This document shows, in pieces, positions 49,585-60,027 of a DNA stretch of 64,000 bases. A program made the position numbers and the translations under genes. Source of the DNA: Candidatus Poribacteria bacterium (lineage in GTDB: Bacteria > Poribacteria > WGA-4E > UBA9662); contig JAYZAL010000088.1 of the NCBI GenBank assembly GCA_036339735.1, forward strand, positions 32,001 through 96,000. Reading direction: 5' to 3'. The notes beneath the pieces were generated by a model. That model saw nothing but the letters and a program-made list of their open reading frames with translations, was not told the DNA's origin and did no database searches. The first letter of the stretch is position 1; each line of letters starts with the position of its first letter.

Positions 49585-50066
49585 TATAGGTCGTCCTCTC
49601 CGTTATCTGCAGCATCCAAGACAGCACGCACAATCTTGTCATATCCGGTGCAACGACAGAGGTTTCCAGCCAACCAGAACCGAACTTCCTTCTCAGTTGG
49701 ATTGGGGTTACTCTCAAGTAAAGCTTTTGCATTCATAATGAACCCTGGTGTACAAATACCGCATTGCAAGGCGGCATGCTCCAAGAATTTTTGCTGCAGT
49801 GGGTGTAACCCTTCAGGTGAAGCAACACCTTCGATAGTTTCGATTTTATTTCCCTCGGCCTCTACACCTAACATACAACATGAGTTAACAGGTCGACCTT
49901 CGACCATTATGGTGCACGCACCACAGTTCCCATTGTTACATCCTTCTTTAGCACCTGTTAAATCAAGATCGTCTCGAAGAACTTCGAGCATACTCTGTCG
50001 GGGCTCGCATAAAAACTCAACACTGTCACCGTTAATTTGCGTCTGTACATGAACTTTTCTTGACAT
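49584..50066 (-). CDS. XDH-family 2Fe-2S subunit
   Basis: GCNNGNCGACT, QCGICTPG, NLCRCTGY. Confidence 0.93.
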   Translation of the reverse strand: MSRKVHVQTQINGDSVEFLCEPRQSMLEVLRDDLDLTGAKEGCNNGNCGACTIMVEGRPVNSCCMLGVEAEGNKIETIEGVASPEGLHPLQQKFLEHAALQCGICTPGFIMNAKALLESNPNPTEKEVRFWLAGNLCRCTGYDKIVRAVLDAADNGEDDL

Positions 50067-50938
50067 TAAGCAGTCTCCTTAATTCGGCTGATGGCACCAT
50101 TCAACGCCCGCTTAGTCAATACACCAACCAAATGTTTCCTCTGTTCTGCACTACCTCTCATATCGCTAATTGGACGAGCGACGTCTTGTGCTGCAGAACA
50201 TGCTGTTTGAATCGATTCCTCGCTAACCGGTTGTCCAGCTAATATGCTACCAGCTTCCTCCGCAAAGAGTGGCGTCGCAGCAACTGCTCCGAGAGCAATA
50301 CGTGCTGAAACGAAGGTTCTGTGATCGGAGGTCAACTCTACCGAGGCTCCTACACCAACTACAGCAATATCCATTTCATTACGAGGAATAAAGCGAAGGT
50401 AGAAACTACTAGAGTTGTCAGCTGGTTTAGGTAAAACTAACTTGACCAATAGTTCATTACTAGATAGTGCCGTCTGTCCAGGCCCAGTACAGAATTCTTC
50501 CACTGCGACTTTTCGATCTCCGTTTGGTCCTTGAATAACACAGCTCGCTCCAAGTGCAATCAGTGCTGGGATAGAATCTGCAGCCGGCGACGCATTACAC
50601 AAGTTGCCTCCAATGCTGGCCCGACTTTGAATTTGCACTCCACCGATGATACTCGTGGAATCAACTAGAGCTGGAAATAATCTTTGCACATCCTCATTGC
50701 CATAAACTTGATAGCAAGGAACGGAAGCCCCGATCTGCAAATCCCCATTGTAAGAAATCTCGTTGAATTCGGGAATTTTTTTGATATCGACTAATAAGTC
50801 AACTTGGCGACGGTTTTCTCGAACCTGAACAATCAGGTCTGTTCCACCACTCAAAATTCGAGCTTGATCTCCGTGCTTATCTAAGAGGCCTATGGCTTCC
50901 CCCAAACTTTCGGCTGCCACATATTCGAATGCTTGCAA
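50066..50938 (-). CDS. XDH-family FAD-binding subunit
   Basis: SGGTDL, ASIGGNLCNASPAAD, D.RGS; GGAG RBS with TTG start. Confidence 0.92.
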   Translation of the reverse strand: MQAFEYVAAESLGEAIGLLDKHGDQARILSGGTDLIVQVRENRRQVDLLVDIKKIPEFNEISYNGDLQIGASVPCYQVYGNEDVQRLFPALVDSTSIIGGVQIQSRASIGGNLCNASPAADSIPALIALGASCVIQGPNGDRKVAVEEFCTGPGQTALSSNELLVKLVLPKPADNSSSFYLRFIPRNEMDIAVVGVGASVELTSDHRTFVSARIALGAVAATPLFAEEAGSILAGQPVSEESIQTACSAAQDVARPISDMRGSAEQRKHLVGVLTKRALNGAISRIKETA

Positions 50939-51119
50939 ATCGAACTCCTTTAATCTGTTTCAGTTATGTACCCAAATCTATAACACACTAAACTAATTAA
51001 GGTCGTTTAAGACCCAGAGAGACTATCATCATTCTCTCACATCAAGGTTTATCAAATCGAAAAGAGCGTGCAAGACACACACCTCTGATTTTCGATTGTA
51101 TCTGATACCCAAATAAATG

Positions 51120-51632
51120 TCAACGGCTAAAGCCACCAAGCAATAGGTCAATATAGGACTCGCCGACGGGGATTATAGAACAAATTTTTAATCGTTGTTT
51201 TATCTGATTATGCTCATTTGTAGCTGTTTGGATTGAATGATGTTGTATCACTGTTTCAAGCTCGATGAACTGCCCCAAATCTTTAACAAAGTCAAGATGA
51301 ATGCGAGTATTGTCAAGAAGCCAGAGATATCGTTTCTTTACTACTACTCCTCTTACGCCTAGGGTTTTCTTCAAGATTTGTTTAAGAATTGAGGGGTTCG
51401 AGACAGGCATTACTTGATAATTACTAAGCCGGGAAGATTGGTCGTTAGCTCTATGGTAACCTATCAATTCCGAGCAATCATCCATTTGCCGTAACTTCAA
51501 ACGGCCAGAAGAAACTCGGAAATATGTGTCAATTTGGTGTAACTCGGATTCGAATCGAGCTGACATCTTCTCTAATTCGTTAATGCAACCTTCATAGTCG
51601 TTAAGGGGGACTTTCAGCTCCAGGTTTTTCAC
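51120..51632 (-). CDS. CYTH / class IV adenylate cyclase family
   Basis: ELK, QIDTYF, RLKLR, K.R, IHLD.V..LG.FIELE, SY. Confidence 0.85.
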   Translation of the reverse strand: MKNLELKVPLNDYEGCINELEKMSARFESELHQIDTYFRVSSGRLKLRQMDDCSELIGYHRANDQSSRLSNYQVMPVSNPSILKQILKKTLGVRGVVVKKRYLWLLDNTRIHLDFVKDLGQFIELETVIQHHSIQTATNEHNQIKQRLKICSIIPVGESYIDLLLGGFSR

Positions 51633-51645
51633 AGCTCGTTCCCTC

Positions 51646-52509
51646 TTACTTCACTCTCAATTTCCCTTCAAGGTCATCGATAAACTGGCGAGCAATTCGC
51701 CCAGAACGATCACTAGAACTCGCTTCCCACTGTAACGCTAATCGCTGCACATCTGATTCCTCTATATCCAGATTCCGTTTTTTAGCGTAGTAATTGACAA
51801 TTTTAAGGTACATTGGACGGGAAATACGCGTGAAGGCTAAACGCAAACCGAAACGATCACTCAACGACACTTTCTCTTCAGTTGATTCTCGTGGGTAAAG
51901 CTCATCTTCTTGACTAATTGGATACTTGTTATCATTGACTTGGCGAGGCATCAAATGTCTCCGATTCGATGTTGCATATACCAACACATTTTCAGGTAGA
52001 GCTGAAACACCACCTTCCAACATAGCTTTTAATTCACGGTAGGTAGAATCCTCATTACTGAAGGACAAGTCATCACAAAACAGGATATACTTTTCTGGTC
52101 GACTCCAAACTGCTTCAACAATCTCTGGCAGGAATAGTAACCCTTGTTTACTTACCTCAATCATACGCAGTGCGTCTTTCGAGTAACGCGTCAATAACCC
52201 TTTCACTAAGGATGATTTTCCTGTCCCACGATCACCCCATAGCAAAACATGATTAGCTGGTAGATTCTGTAAAAACTGTCGTGTATTTCGATCTAATTGC
52301 TGAATTTGTCGATCAATTCCAATTAAATCTGAAATATCAGTTAAGTCTGGGTGTAAAACTGCTGTCAGTTGTTTGTGCTGATGATGCCATCGAAAGGCTA
52401 AATGTTGATCAAAGTCAGGTAATTGATCAATAGAAGTAGATTGTTGAATGAATTCATCTAGGTGATGTATCAGTCGCTCAAGTTGATTGATAAGAATGTT
52501 TAGGCTCAT
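51646..52509 (-). CDS. DUF815 AAA+ ATPase
   Basis: PANHVLLWGDRGTGKSS, FCDDLSF, YATSNRRHL, SLSDRFGL. Confidence 0.9.
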   Translation of the reverse strand: MSLNILINQLERLIHHLDEFIQQSTSIDQLPDFDQHLAFRWHHQHKQLTAVLHPDLTDISDLIGIDRQIQQLDRNTRQFLQNLPANHVLLWGDRGTGKSSLVKGLLTRYSKDALRMIEVSKQGLLFLPEIVEAVWSRPEKYILFCDDLSFSNEDSTYRELKAMLEGGVSALPENVLVYATSNRRHLMPRQVNDNKYPISQEDELYPRESTEEKVSLSDRFGLRLAFTRISRPMYLKIVNYYAKKRNLDIEESDVQRLALQWEASSSDRSGRIARQFIDDLEGKLRVK

Positions 52510-52675
52510 TGATAACTGAAGTATTAGATTGATTAATTATATTTTATTGGATTAGTGCTACATACCCAAAGTGGGCTCAACAAAGTGAAGACACGGTCTC
52601 CTACAATCATGAAAGCGTGTAGTTAATTTTCTTCGTACTACATTCTTTTTATTGAATTAGTTTGGAAACTGGTTA

Positions 52676-53662
52676 TCACTCACCCACTGTTTCAGCGTGC
52701 GTGATGATAGCTTCAGCAACGTTAATTTTTGTAACAGCTTCTATTTCTTCTAATCCTGGAGAAGGATTGACTTCCAACACAACATATTCTGCGTCAGCTA
52801 TCATGTTATGTGCTTCGAGTAGATCTACACCAGCTACATCCAGCCCCAGAGCCTTCGTAGAACGAACAGCGAGATCAGATAATTGGTTTGAAATGTTAAT
52901 CGGTCGACCTTGACCACCTCTGTGGACATTGGCCCTATACTCCCCGCTAGCAGCAGTTCGTTTCATCGCGGCTACAACACGACCACCGGCCACGATAATC
53001 CGAATATCTTGACCGGAAGCTTTACCAATGAACGGTTGCATCATGTAGTCTTGGTGAAACTCGCACATGGCTTCCACAGATGAATGTAGAGATAAAGGGG
53101 TATCCATCAGCATGAAACCTCGACCATGTGTACCTTGGAATGGCTTCATTAAAATTGGATAATCTCCTATCTCGTTTACTGATGCGTCTAAAAAATCCGG
53201 AGAACCTATTGTAAAGCTTGGAACCACTGGTATGTCGTTTTCGGCTAATCGGCGTAAACTACGAAACTTATGTCGTGCCACTAAAATTTCTTGTGACCGA
53301 TTTAACAGAGGTACACCTATGCTTTCAAAATGCGAGAGCACTTCAGTAGCAAACGTTACGGTCGTGCTACTGAGACGAGGTATAATCAAGTCGAGATCAA
53401 AAATAGGTTTTCCATCGTACAGTATATGTAAGCAGTCAATGTTACCGTGTTCACTTGTTCTACCCACTCCAGCACTTTTTGGTTGTTTAGTCTGATCTGG
53501 TCTAAAACGAAGCTGTCTTTGGTAACAAGTGGGCAAATCGATATGAAGTGAAAATCGAAAAGGATCCAAGACAATAACCTGATGCTGTGCTGACTTAGCC
53601 GCTTCGACTAACCTTCTGGTCGAATAACTATGACTAGCCCGAGACAAAATGCCAATTCTCAT
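52676..53662 (-). CDS. rimK: RimK-family ATP-grasp alpha-L-glutamate ligase
   Basis: MRIGILSR..YSTRRL, DIR..V, RANVHRGG, GVDLL, EVNPSPG. Confidence 0.8.
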   Translation of the reverse strand: MRIGILSRASHSYSTRRLVEAAKSAQHQVIVLDPFRFSLHIDLPTCYQRQLRFRPDQTKQPKSAGVGRTSEHGNIDCLHILYDGKPIFDLDLIIPRLSSTTVTFATEVLSHFESIGVPLLNRSQEILVARHKFRSLRRLAENDIPVVPSFTIGSPDFLDASVNEIGDYPILMKPFQGTHGRGFMLMDTPLSLHSSVEAMCEFHQDYMMQPFIGKASGQDIRIIVAGGRVVAAMKRTAASGEYRANVHRGGQGRPINISNQLSDLAVRSTKALGLDVAGVDLLEAHNMIADAEYVVLEVNPSPGLEEIEAVTKINVAEAIITHAETVGE

Positions 53663-53682
53663 TCGAATCAGTGATAGGGCAG

Positions 53683-54750
53683 CTAGATGGTAACTATCTT
53701 TCCTGTTATGACTGATTCGGCTTCCTTATAGCATAAAGCCAGAGCATCCCTAGCTTTTGTACCTGACAAGAAACCAGAATCGGCCGATTGTCCACTATTG
53801 AGGTGTGAAATCGCATAATCGATTTCGTTAGTGAAAGCATCTACCGGATCAACCTCTCCCAAATCTGGATAGTATACATCACCCGTATTTTGTATCAGCG
53901 TCAATGGTTGCGAAACACCTTGGCCACCTAAAGTAGACGATGAAAAAGTCAACGTTGCTTTCTCGAAGAAAATTTCAAAACCGTGACTGAATGAACGCCC
54001 TTTTGCTGAAATCCCGCCCGACCAAGTAGAAACTGCTAACTGTGGTCTTTCGGGATAAATATATTGGGTTGAAAGGTAGTCCACAAACTGAGTATTCTTT
54101 CCATCTTCAGTTGTGGCAATTTTACCCTGAGAAAAAACTGCTGAAGGCATTCCACACAACAGCTGAATAAAGTGAGTATCGTGGATATGTAAATCTATAC
54201 CGGGTGCCCCACTTTTGGTGATCTCTTGCAGCGTTCGCTCCGACGGTTGGCTGATTAATCGACGTAAATGAAGTCCCAACAAATCTCCGTGTTCGCCACT
54301 TTGAACTGCTTTTAGAGCATAGTTGAATTCGGGGAAAAACGGCAAAACATGGGCAACCATAAAGTGTTTTTCACTCTGTTCGCTAACTGCTACCATTTCG
54401 TTTGCAGACTGGATATCAACTTCAATGGGTTTCTCACATAGAACATGCTTACCAGCTTTTAGGGCTGCGATAGTTACTTCTTTGTGATATTGAGTGGGCA
54501 AACAGATGTCCACCAAATCTACGTTGGGATCGGCCAGTAAGTCATCAATCTGGTCGTATGTTGATAACCCTGACAAGTCTTCTATTCCACCACGAGGTCC
54601 AAAGTTACCTTGAATACTACTCCAGTCCCCAGATAATTTTTTGGGATCCCGTGTACAGATAGCGGTTACTTGACATCCCTCAACTTTTTTGGCCCCATAA
54701 TAGTGAATCATACCCATAAAACCAAGTCCAATAATGCCAATTCGAGTCAT
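53683..54750 (-). CDS. Gfo/Idh/MocA oxidoreductase
   Basis: GIIGLGFMG, KHVLCEKP, DLHIHD; GGAG RBS before ATG 54750. Confidence 0.9.
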   Translation of the reverse strand: MTRIGIIGLGFMGMIHYYGAKKVEGCQVTAICTRDPKKLSGDWSSIQGNFGPRGGIEDLSGLSTYDQIDDLLADPNVDLVDICLPTQYHKEVTIAALKAGKHVLCEKPIEVDIQSANEMVAVSEQSEKHFMVAHVLPFFPEFNYALKAVQSGEHGDLLGLHLRRLISQPSERTLQEITKSGAPGIDLHIHDTHFIQLLCGMPSAVFSQGKIATTEDGKNTQFVDYLSTQYIYPERPQLAVSTWSGGISAKGRSFSHGFEIFFEKATLTFSSSTLGGQGVSQPLTLIQNTGDVYYPDLGEVDPVDAFTNEIDYAISHLNSGQSADSGFLSGTKARDALALCYKEAESVITGKIVTI

Positions 54751-54787
54751 ATTTTTATCTCCAAATCTGATATTTTTTTTCAGGCAA

Positions 54788-55594
54788 TTAAAAAGGGAAT
54801 GTACCAGCATAGCCTAGCTGATCCAGAGTAAATTGTGGATTACTAACGAATCTTATGCCTGGAAACATCGGATTTTGCTGATAGTGTAGAACAATATTGG
54901 CACGAGGTTGATTCGGCTCGTCGCTCCCAATTTTAGCTCCTTGATGTGGAATGTGGCTATAGAAAATGACAGCATCTCCAGCCATAGGGTGCAGATCAAC
55001 ATATGATTGGTTGTCACACCAGGCCTGAAAAGGATTTTTTCGATCGTCTGTATAGTGGGCATGTGGACGTACGTCAGGTGGAATCGATTTAGAAAAAAAA
55101 TCGCTCAAAAAACGCAATCGGCCCTTTTGTGGAGGGTTGTCTGTTAGATAAAAAGTCGTATTCATACACAACCCGATAACTGGTTGCTTAGATTCTGCTC
55201 GTTCTTCTTGGTACCAATAATCATAAAAATCCATATGCCACTCCTGTAGATAAGACCGTGGGTTCACATGAGCCCGTAGACTGCGGAGTTGACACTGTTT
55301 ACCCAGAATAGATTTCAGGTACGGCGAGACACTCTCGTGAGCAATCAGTTCTTTTGACTTTTCAGGTTCTATCTCCAGTAATTTTTCAAAAGCTACATTA
55401 CCAACACTATTGTCGATTTCATACCTTTCTTCTTGATATAAAGAATAGAGAATTTTTTGCCATTTGGTGACCAGACCAGTACTTAGAGCATTTCTAATCA
55501 ACAGAAAACCGTGCCGGTTTAAATAATCTAATTTTTCTTCAAATATACTGTTCCCGTCCACGCTAATCTCCCTTTTAATGTTTTCACTAATCAA
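54788..55594 (-). CDS. PhyH-family dioxygenase
   Basis: HGFLLI.NAL, WHMD, AGDAVIF....PHQG, R. Confidence 0.8.
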   Translation of the reverse strand: MISENIKREISVDGNSIFEEKLDYLNRHGFLLIRNALSTGLVTKWQKILYSLYQEERYEIDNSVGNVAFEKLLEIEPEKSKELIAHESVSPYLKSILGKQCQLRSLRAHVNPRSYLQEWHMDFYDYWYQEERAESKQPVIGLCMNTTFYLTDNPPQKGRLRFLSDFFSKSIPPDVRPHAHYTDDRKNPFQAWCDNQSYVDLHPMAGDAVIFYSHIPHQGAKIGSDEPNQPRANIVLHYQQNPMFPGIRFVSNPQFTLDQLGYAGTFPF

Positions 55595-55657
55595 GTTAGA
55601 GGCCAGTTTAAGTGGCCGAACCCTTGGTGTTAATTAGCTTAGTTCAGAATTAGTAAG

Positions 55658-56434
55658 TTATTCCGGTGTTACATACGCTGATGAGATTCCACCATCAACT
55701 ACAAAATCTGCTCCATTGACATAACTTGAGTCATCACTAGCAAGAAACAGAGCGGCTTTTGCCATTTCTTCGGCTAAACCAAATCGCCCCATGGGAACAT
55801 GAACCAGGCGCCGCTGTTTTTTTTCGTCGGTGTTTAAAAAGTCCATCAATAGTTTGGTATGAAGTGGTCCTGGACAGAGAGCATTACATCGGATATTTTC
55901 CTTAGCATGAACAATCGCTAATTCTCGAGTCATCGCTAGAACCCCGCCTTTACTGGCAGTGTAAGCTAGCTGAGGTGTAGCAGCCCCCATCAGTGCCACA
56001 AAAGATGCGGTGTTGATTACACATCCTCCACCACTTCGTTGAATAGCAGGTATTCCAAATTTACAGCCTAGGAAGACTCCCTTTAGGTTGACATCCATCG
56101 TCAGATCCCAAATTTCTTCTGGAGTCTGCATTGCATTGCCGTCGTCTGGGTGCATTATGCCAGCATTGTTGAATAAAATGTGAAGGCCACCAAATCTTTC
56201 TTCAGCAATACTAATCATGTCCTTACAGTCATCAGACTTCGACACATCCGCATGGCAATAAATCACCTCAGAACTGATCTGTTTTACTAAATCAATTGTC
56301 TCGTGTCCCTCTTCAGTATTTACATCTACTGCGACAATGCTTGCCCCTTCTTGCGCGAATAGCAATGCAGTCGCTCGACCAATACCTCCGGAGGCTCCTG
56401 TTATTAGTGCAACTCGACCGTCTAATTTTCCCAT
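55658..56434 (-). CDS. Short-chain dehydrogenase/reductase
   Basis: TGASGGIG, NNAG, YTASK. Confidence 0.92.
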   Translation of the reverse strand: MGKLDGRVALITGASGGIGRATALLFAQEGASIVAVDVNTEEGHETIDLVKQISSEVIYCHADVSKSDDCKDMISIAEERFGGLHILFNNAGIMHPDDGNAMQTPEEIWDLTMDVNLKGVFLGCKFGIPAIQRSGGGCVINTASFVALMGAATPQLAYTASKGGVLAMTRELAIVHAKENIRCNALCPGPLHTKLLMDFLNTDEKKQRRLVHVPMGRFGLAEEMAKAALFLASDDSSYVNGADFVVDGGISSAYVTPE

Positions 56435-56436
56435 TT

Positions 56437-57159
56437 TTATGATTTTTCTTTATTGTTTTGGGGGCGGCAGTGCTGGACAAAATCTTCGAACAGCCGCCTC
56501 TGAATCAAATCATTAGGTTTACTCATTTCTGGGTGCCATTGTACAGCGATTCGCCAAATTTTACCATCCATCTCCACAGCTTCGATCGTTCCATCTGGGG
56601 CCCAAGCAACAACGGATAATGAATCAGCTACAAAATCTAGCGCCTGATGGTGTAAAGACGGAGCTGAAAAATTCGTACTCTGAACTATATCCGCTAACCG
56701 AGAATTAGTATCAACGGCAATCGAATGATTAGTTGGTTTACGTGGTGGCAGTCGGTGCTTAACCGATTCACCAACAATATCAGGCAAATTCTGAATCAAT
56801 GTTCCTCCTAGAGCTACATTTAATATTTGGATGCCGCGACATATTCCGAACAATGGTTTTTCGGATTCAATCACTTTGTGTGTTAAAGAAAGTTCATGGC
56901 GGTCTCGCTCTAAATCCACACCGTAAACCAACTTGTGTGGTGGTTGATTGTAATGGCTTGGGCATATATCTCCGCCACCGATTAACAACACGCCATCTAC
57001 CGATTTTACTTGCTCTACTTCATCCCCTATTGGTGGTAACATGAGTGGTAGGCCACCAGCATCTGCAATAGATTTAATATAATCATGTGGTATTGAATAC
57101 CGCTGATCCTGATTGAGTCCGTACATGGTCAGCCCAATCACCGGCCTGTCAATTTTCAT
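56437..57159 (-). CDS. Gamma-glutamyl-amide hydrolase (peptidase C26, PuuD-like)
   Basis: RPVIG, GGGD, GICRG.Q, HHQ, QWHPE; start ATG 57159 abuts the upstream stop. Confidence 0.9.
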   Translation of the reverse strand: MKIDRPVIGLTMYGLNQDQRYSIPHDYIKSIADAGGLPLMLPPIGDEVEQVKSVDGVLLIGGGDICPSHYNQPPHKLVYGVDLERDRHELSLTHKVIESEKPLFGICRGIQILNVALGGTLIQNLPDIVGESVKHRLPPRKPTNHSIAVDTNSRLADIVQSTNFSAPSLHHQALDFVADSLSVVAWAPDGTIEAVEMDGKIWRIAVQWHPEMSKPNDLIQRRLFEDFVQHCRPQNNKEKS

Positions 57160-57160
57160 T

Positions 57161-58525
57161 TCAGATCCTTTCAAAATACCGTTTACGTTCCCAATCAGTG
57201 ACGGCATTCTCGTATTCACTCTGTTCATTTTGATAAAAATGGACGTAATGATCATGCACAGGTTCGCCTAAAGTACGCCGTACAAAGTCACTGTTGGAAA
57301 AAACTTCTATAGCCTCTCTAAACGTCGTGGGTACAGCTTTCGTTGTTTCCAGATCGTAGGCATTTCCGACGAACTCATCTGGCGGATTTAGTTGCCTTTG
57401 TATGCCGTCTAGGCCAGAAGCAAGCGAGGCTGCCAAGGCCAGATACGGGTTGCAGTCTGCCCCCGGTATACGACATTCAATCCGCAAGGAGTCACCACTA
57501 CCAACCACTCGGAATCCCGCAGTTCTGTTATCATGACTCCAAGCGAGTGTAGTTGGTGCCCAACTACCATGTTGGTATCTTTTGTAAGAGTTTACAGTCG
57601 GAGCATAAAAAGGCATAAATTCTGGTGCATGCTCGATCCATCCTGCAAGGAATTTCAGGAAAAGATCAGAACATTTGATCCGTCCAAATACTTGATTGCC
57701 AGCAAAGACATTTCGTCCATTTGACCACAAACTCAGATGAATATGGCAACTCGATCCTGCCTGATCCTGTTCTTGTTTTGCCATAAAAGTTACGCTAATG
57801 TCGTTCTGATCGGCTAGTTCTTTGGCACATTGCTTGATTAATAGGTGGCGGTCCGCCATTTCGCCAATTTCAGCATATGCCACATTAATTTCATGTTGTC
57901 CTAGCCCCCACTCACCTTTAGTAGATTCAACGGGAATGCCGGATCGTTTCAATTGTCGACGTAATTCCCCGTGATAACTCTCTCGGCGTGCACCTTGTAA
58001 GATGTGATAGTCCTCTAAGTACCATCCGCTTGGTGTTAAATTTACAAAATTTTGTTGATGTGCTTGTTCGAAGCTTTGCCGAAATAAATAGTATTCTAAT
58101 TCTGTTGCGGCTTTAGCCTGGTAACCTTGTTCAGAGGTCAATTGAATCTGATTCTTCAGGATGCTACGTGGTAGCTGAGGGACCAACTGATGTGATGACT
58201 CATCAACAATGTCGCAAATAACAACCGCTGTTCGATCTGCCCAAGACAGAACCCGTAAGGTAGAAATATCTGGTTGCATATGAAAATCACCGTAACCCTC
58301 GTCCCAGTTAGCGAAAGTATATCCTTCTACCGGTTCCATTTCCATGTCAACAGTTGCCAGATAATTACAACCATGTGTTCCTTTCTGAGCCACAGAATTC
58401 AGAAAAAAATCGGCGTCAAATCGTTTTCCCAAGAGTGTGCCATAAAGGCCCGGAAACGCGACAACAACTGTATCTACCGATCCAGTATCTACTTTCTCCC
58501 TAAGTTGCTCAATGGATATAATCAT
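57161..58525 (-). CDS. Glutamine synthetase-like gamma-glutamylation ligase (GlnA4/PuuA type)
   Basis: ELEYY, E.G.GQHE, GSSCHIHLSL, DNRT..FR, RIECRIPGADCNPYL; N-terminus resembles GlnA4 (GYGDF..PD..TLR). Confidence 0.88.
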   Translation of the reverse strand: MIISIEQLREKVDTGSVDTVVVAFPGLYGTLLGKRFDADFFLNSVAQKGTHGCNYLATVDMEMEPVEGYTFANWDEGYGDFHMQPDISTLRVLSWADRTAVVICDIVDESSHQLVPQLPRSILKNQIQLTSEQGYQAKAATELEYYLFRQSFEQAHQQNFVNLTPSGWYLEDYHILQGARRESYHGELRRQLKRSGIPVESTKGEWGLGQHEINVAYAEIGEMADRHLLIKQCAKELADQNDISVTFMAKQEQDQAGSSCHIHLSLWSNGRNVFAGNQVFGRIKCSDLFLKFLAGWIEHAPEFMPFYAPTVNSYKRYQHGSWAPTTLAWSHDNRTAGFRVVGSGDSLRIECRIPGADCNPYLALAASLASGLDGIQRQLNPPDEFVGNAYDLETTKAVPTTFREAIEVFSNSDFVRRTLGEPVHDHYVHFYQNEQSEYENAVTDWERKRYFERI

Positions 58526-58658
58526 TCTGGCCTCCCATTAGAAATGATTTCTCTAAAATTGCAGATTCATTTTCAAATTGTTTGTTCCTTAGCCTAACTT
58601 TTTTATTACTAAGTTAAGCTCTGAGAAAATAAACATATGATAATTGAAAAGTCCATTT

Positions 58659-59885
58659 TTAGCCTTCTAAAGAGAAACAAATCAGTTTATCAAGAGAACG
58701 AACATAAATCTTGTCTCGACTGACTGCCAGATGAGCCCAAGTTTCTGACTTGCTAATTTTCTGCTTATCAATAACTTCAAATTTTTCAGGTGAAGCGTTT
58801 ACCAGATACAAAACACCTCTCTGGTCAAGACCTAAGATTCGATCTCCATCTGTAACCATGCTCCAGTATTTACCAAATGGTTTACTAGTCCAAGCGATTT
58901 CTCCGGTCTGAAGATCCATACAGATCACACGTTGGTTACGCAAATGCATGTAAACGTGATCTTTGAGAATTAAAGGACTAGACATATAACCCTGGATGGT
59001 ATTAGACCATTTTGATTCTTTGGCTAGAACACCGGAATCTAATTCGTACAAAAAGGACCCACCACCGTATGAACTGGTAAAAAAACTATTTTCGTAGCGT
59101 GAAGGGGTTTGAATGTTCATACCACGAAATGCAGGAATTGTGACACCCCACAATTTTTCACCATTATGCCAATTGATGCTGGCTAACTCTGTACGAGTTT
59201 GAACTATCAATTGAAGATCATTATCAATTACTTCAATAATTGGAGATGAAAATGCGCCCCCATACATTCCCCCACTATCTTTTAGCGCTTGCCAAATAAC
59301 CTCACCTGTATCAACATTCAATTGAAAAACACCACCGGAGGCTTGAACTACGACCTTATCTTGATATACTAGAGGTGAACAAACAAAACCAAAAGAAGAC
59401 ATAGTTGTTTCGAATTGCTCGACGAAGTCTACTTGCCAAATCTTCTCACCATCCTCCACACTAAGACAAGTTAAAACGTCTCTCATGCCAGCTACAAAAA
59501 TCTTGTCCCCAGCCACTGTAGGTGTAGACTTGATCCAACTTCCGTTCGAGGCTGCAAAAAAAGGTACTTTCATGGCACCAAGCCACTTGGAAGTCCATAT
59601 TAATTCACCAGTTGCTGCATTATAGCAATAAACAACTTCGTATTTCTCATCAACTGTCGCCGTGGTAAAAACTTTTCCTTCGTAAGTTACAGGTCCTGAA
59701 TAACTAGGGCTAAGATCTATTTCCCACTTTTTCTGCAAACCAGATAGGTGTTCTGGCAATTCAGAAATAAGCATTCCATCTCGGCTTGGTCCTCTCCACT
59801 GACTCCAATCTAGTTTTTCAGCAGCAGGCAAGCTATTATAACTCAAAAACAGCAGAAGCATAAAAGCATTCAAAAAAAATATCAT
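58659..59885 (-). CDS. Exported PQQ-like beta-propeller (BamB-like) protein
   Basis: Signal peptide, DWSQWRGP.RDG, repeated TGE..W and SSP. Confidence 0.85.
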   Translation of the reverse strand: MIFFLNAFMLLLFLSYNSLPAAEKLDWSQWRGPSRDGMLISELPEHLSGLQKKWEIDLSPSYSGPVTYEGKVFTTATVDEKYEVVYCYNAATGELIWTSKWLGAMKVPFFAASNGSWIKSTPTVAGDKIFVAGMRDVLTCLSVEDGEKIWQVDFVEQFETTMSSFGFVCSPLVYQDKVVVQASGGVFQLNVDTGEVIWQALKDSGGMYGGAFSSPIIEVIDNDLQLIVQTRTELASINWHNGEKLWGVTIPAFRGMNIQTPSRYENSFFTSSYGGGSFLYELDSGVLAKESKWSNTIQGYMSSPLILKDHVYMHLRNQRVICMDLQTGEIAWTSKPFGKYWSMVTDGDRILGLDQRGVLYLVNASPEKFEVIDKQKISKSETWAHLAVSRDKIYVRSLDKLICFSLEG

Positions 59886-60027
59886 TATATTTCCCTTTTT
59901 AATAAATAATAAGGTCTTAAAAAAATAGCTATCAGCTCTCGTTTGTAACTCAGATTGTTTAAACTAAAAATAATTTGCAACACATTCATTTATTGTTCAT
60001 CAAATCATTTTGTACTGGAGGGAATAT

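Noticed and set aside
47344-50938. Aerobic CO dehydrogenase (coxMSL)
   Set aside because: The active-site loop is AYRAPG, not AYXCSFR (form I) or AYXGAGR (form II).
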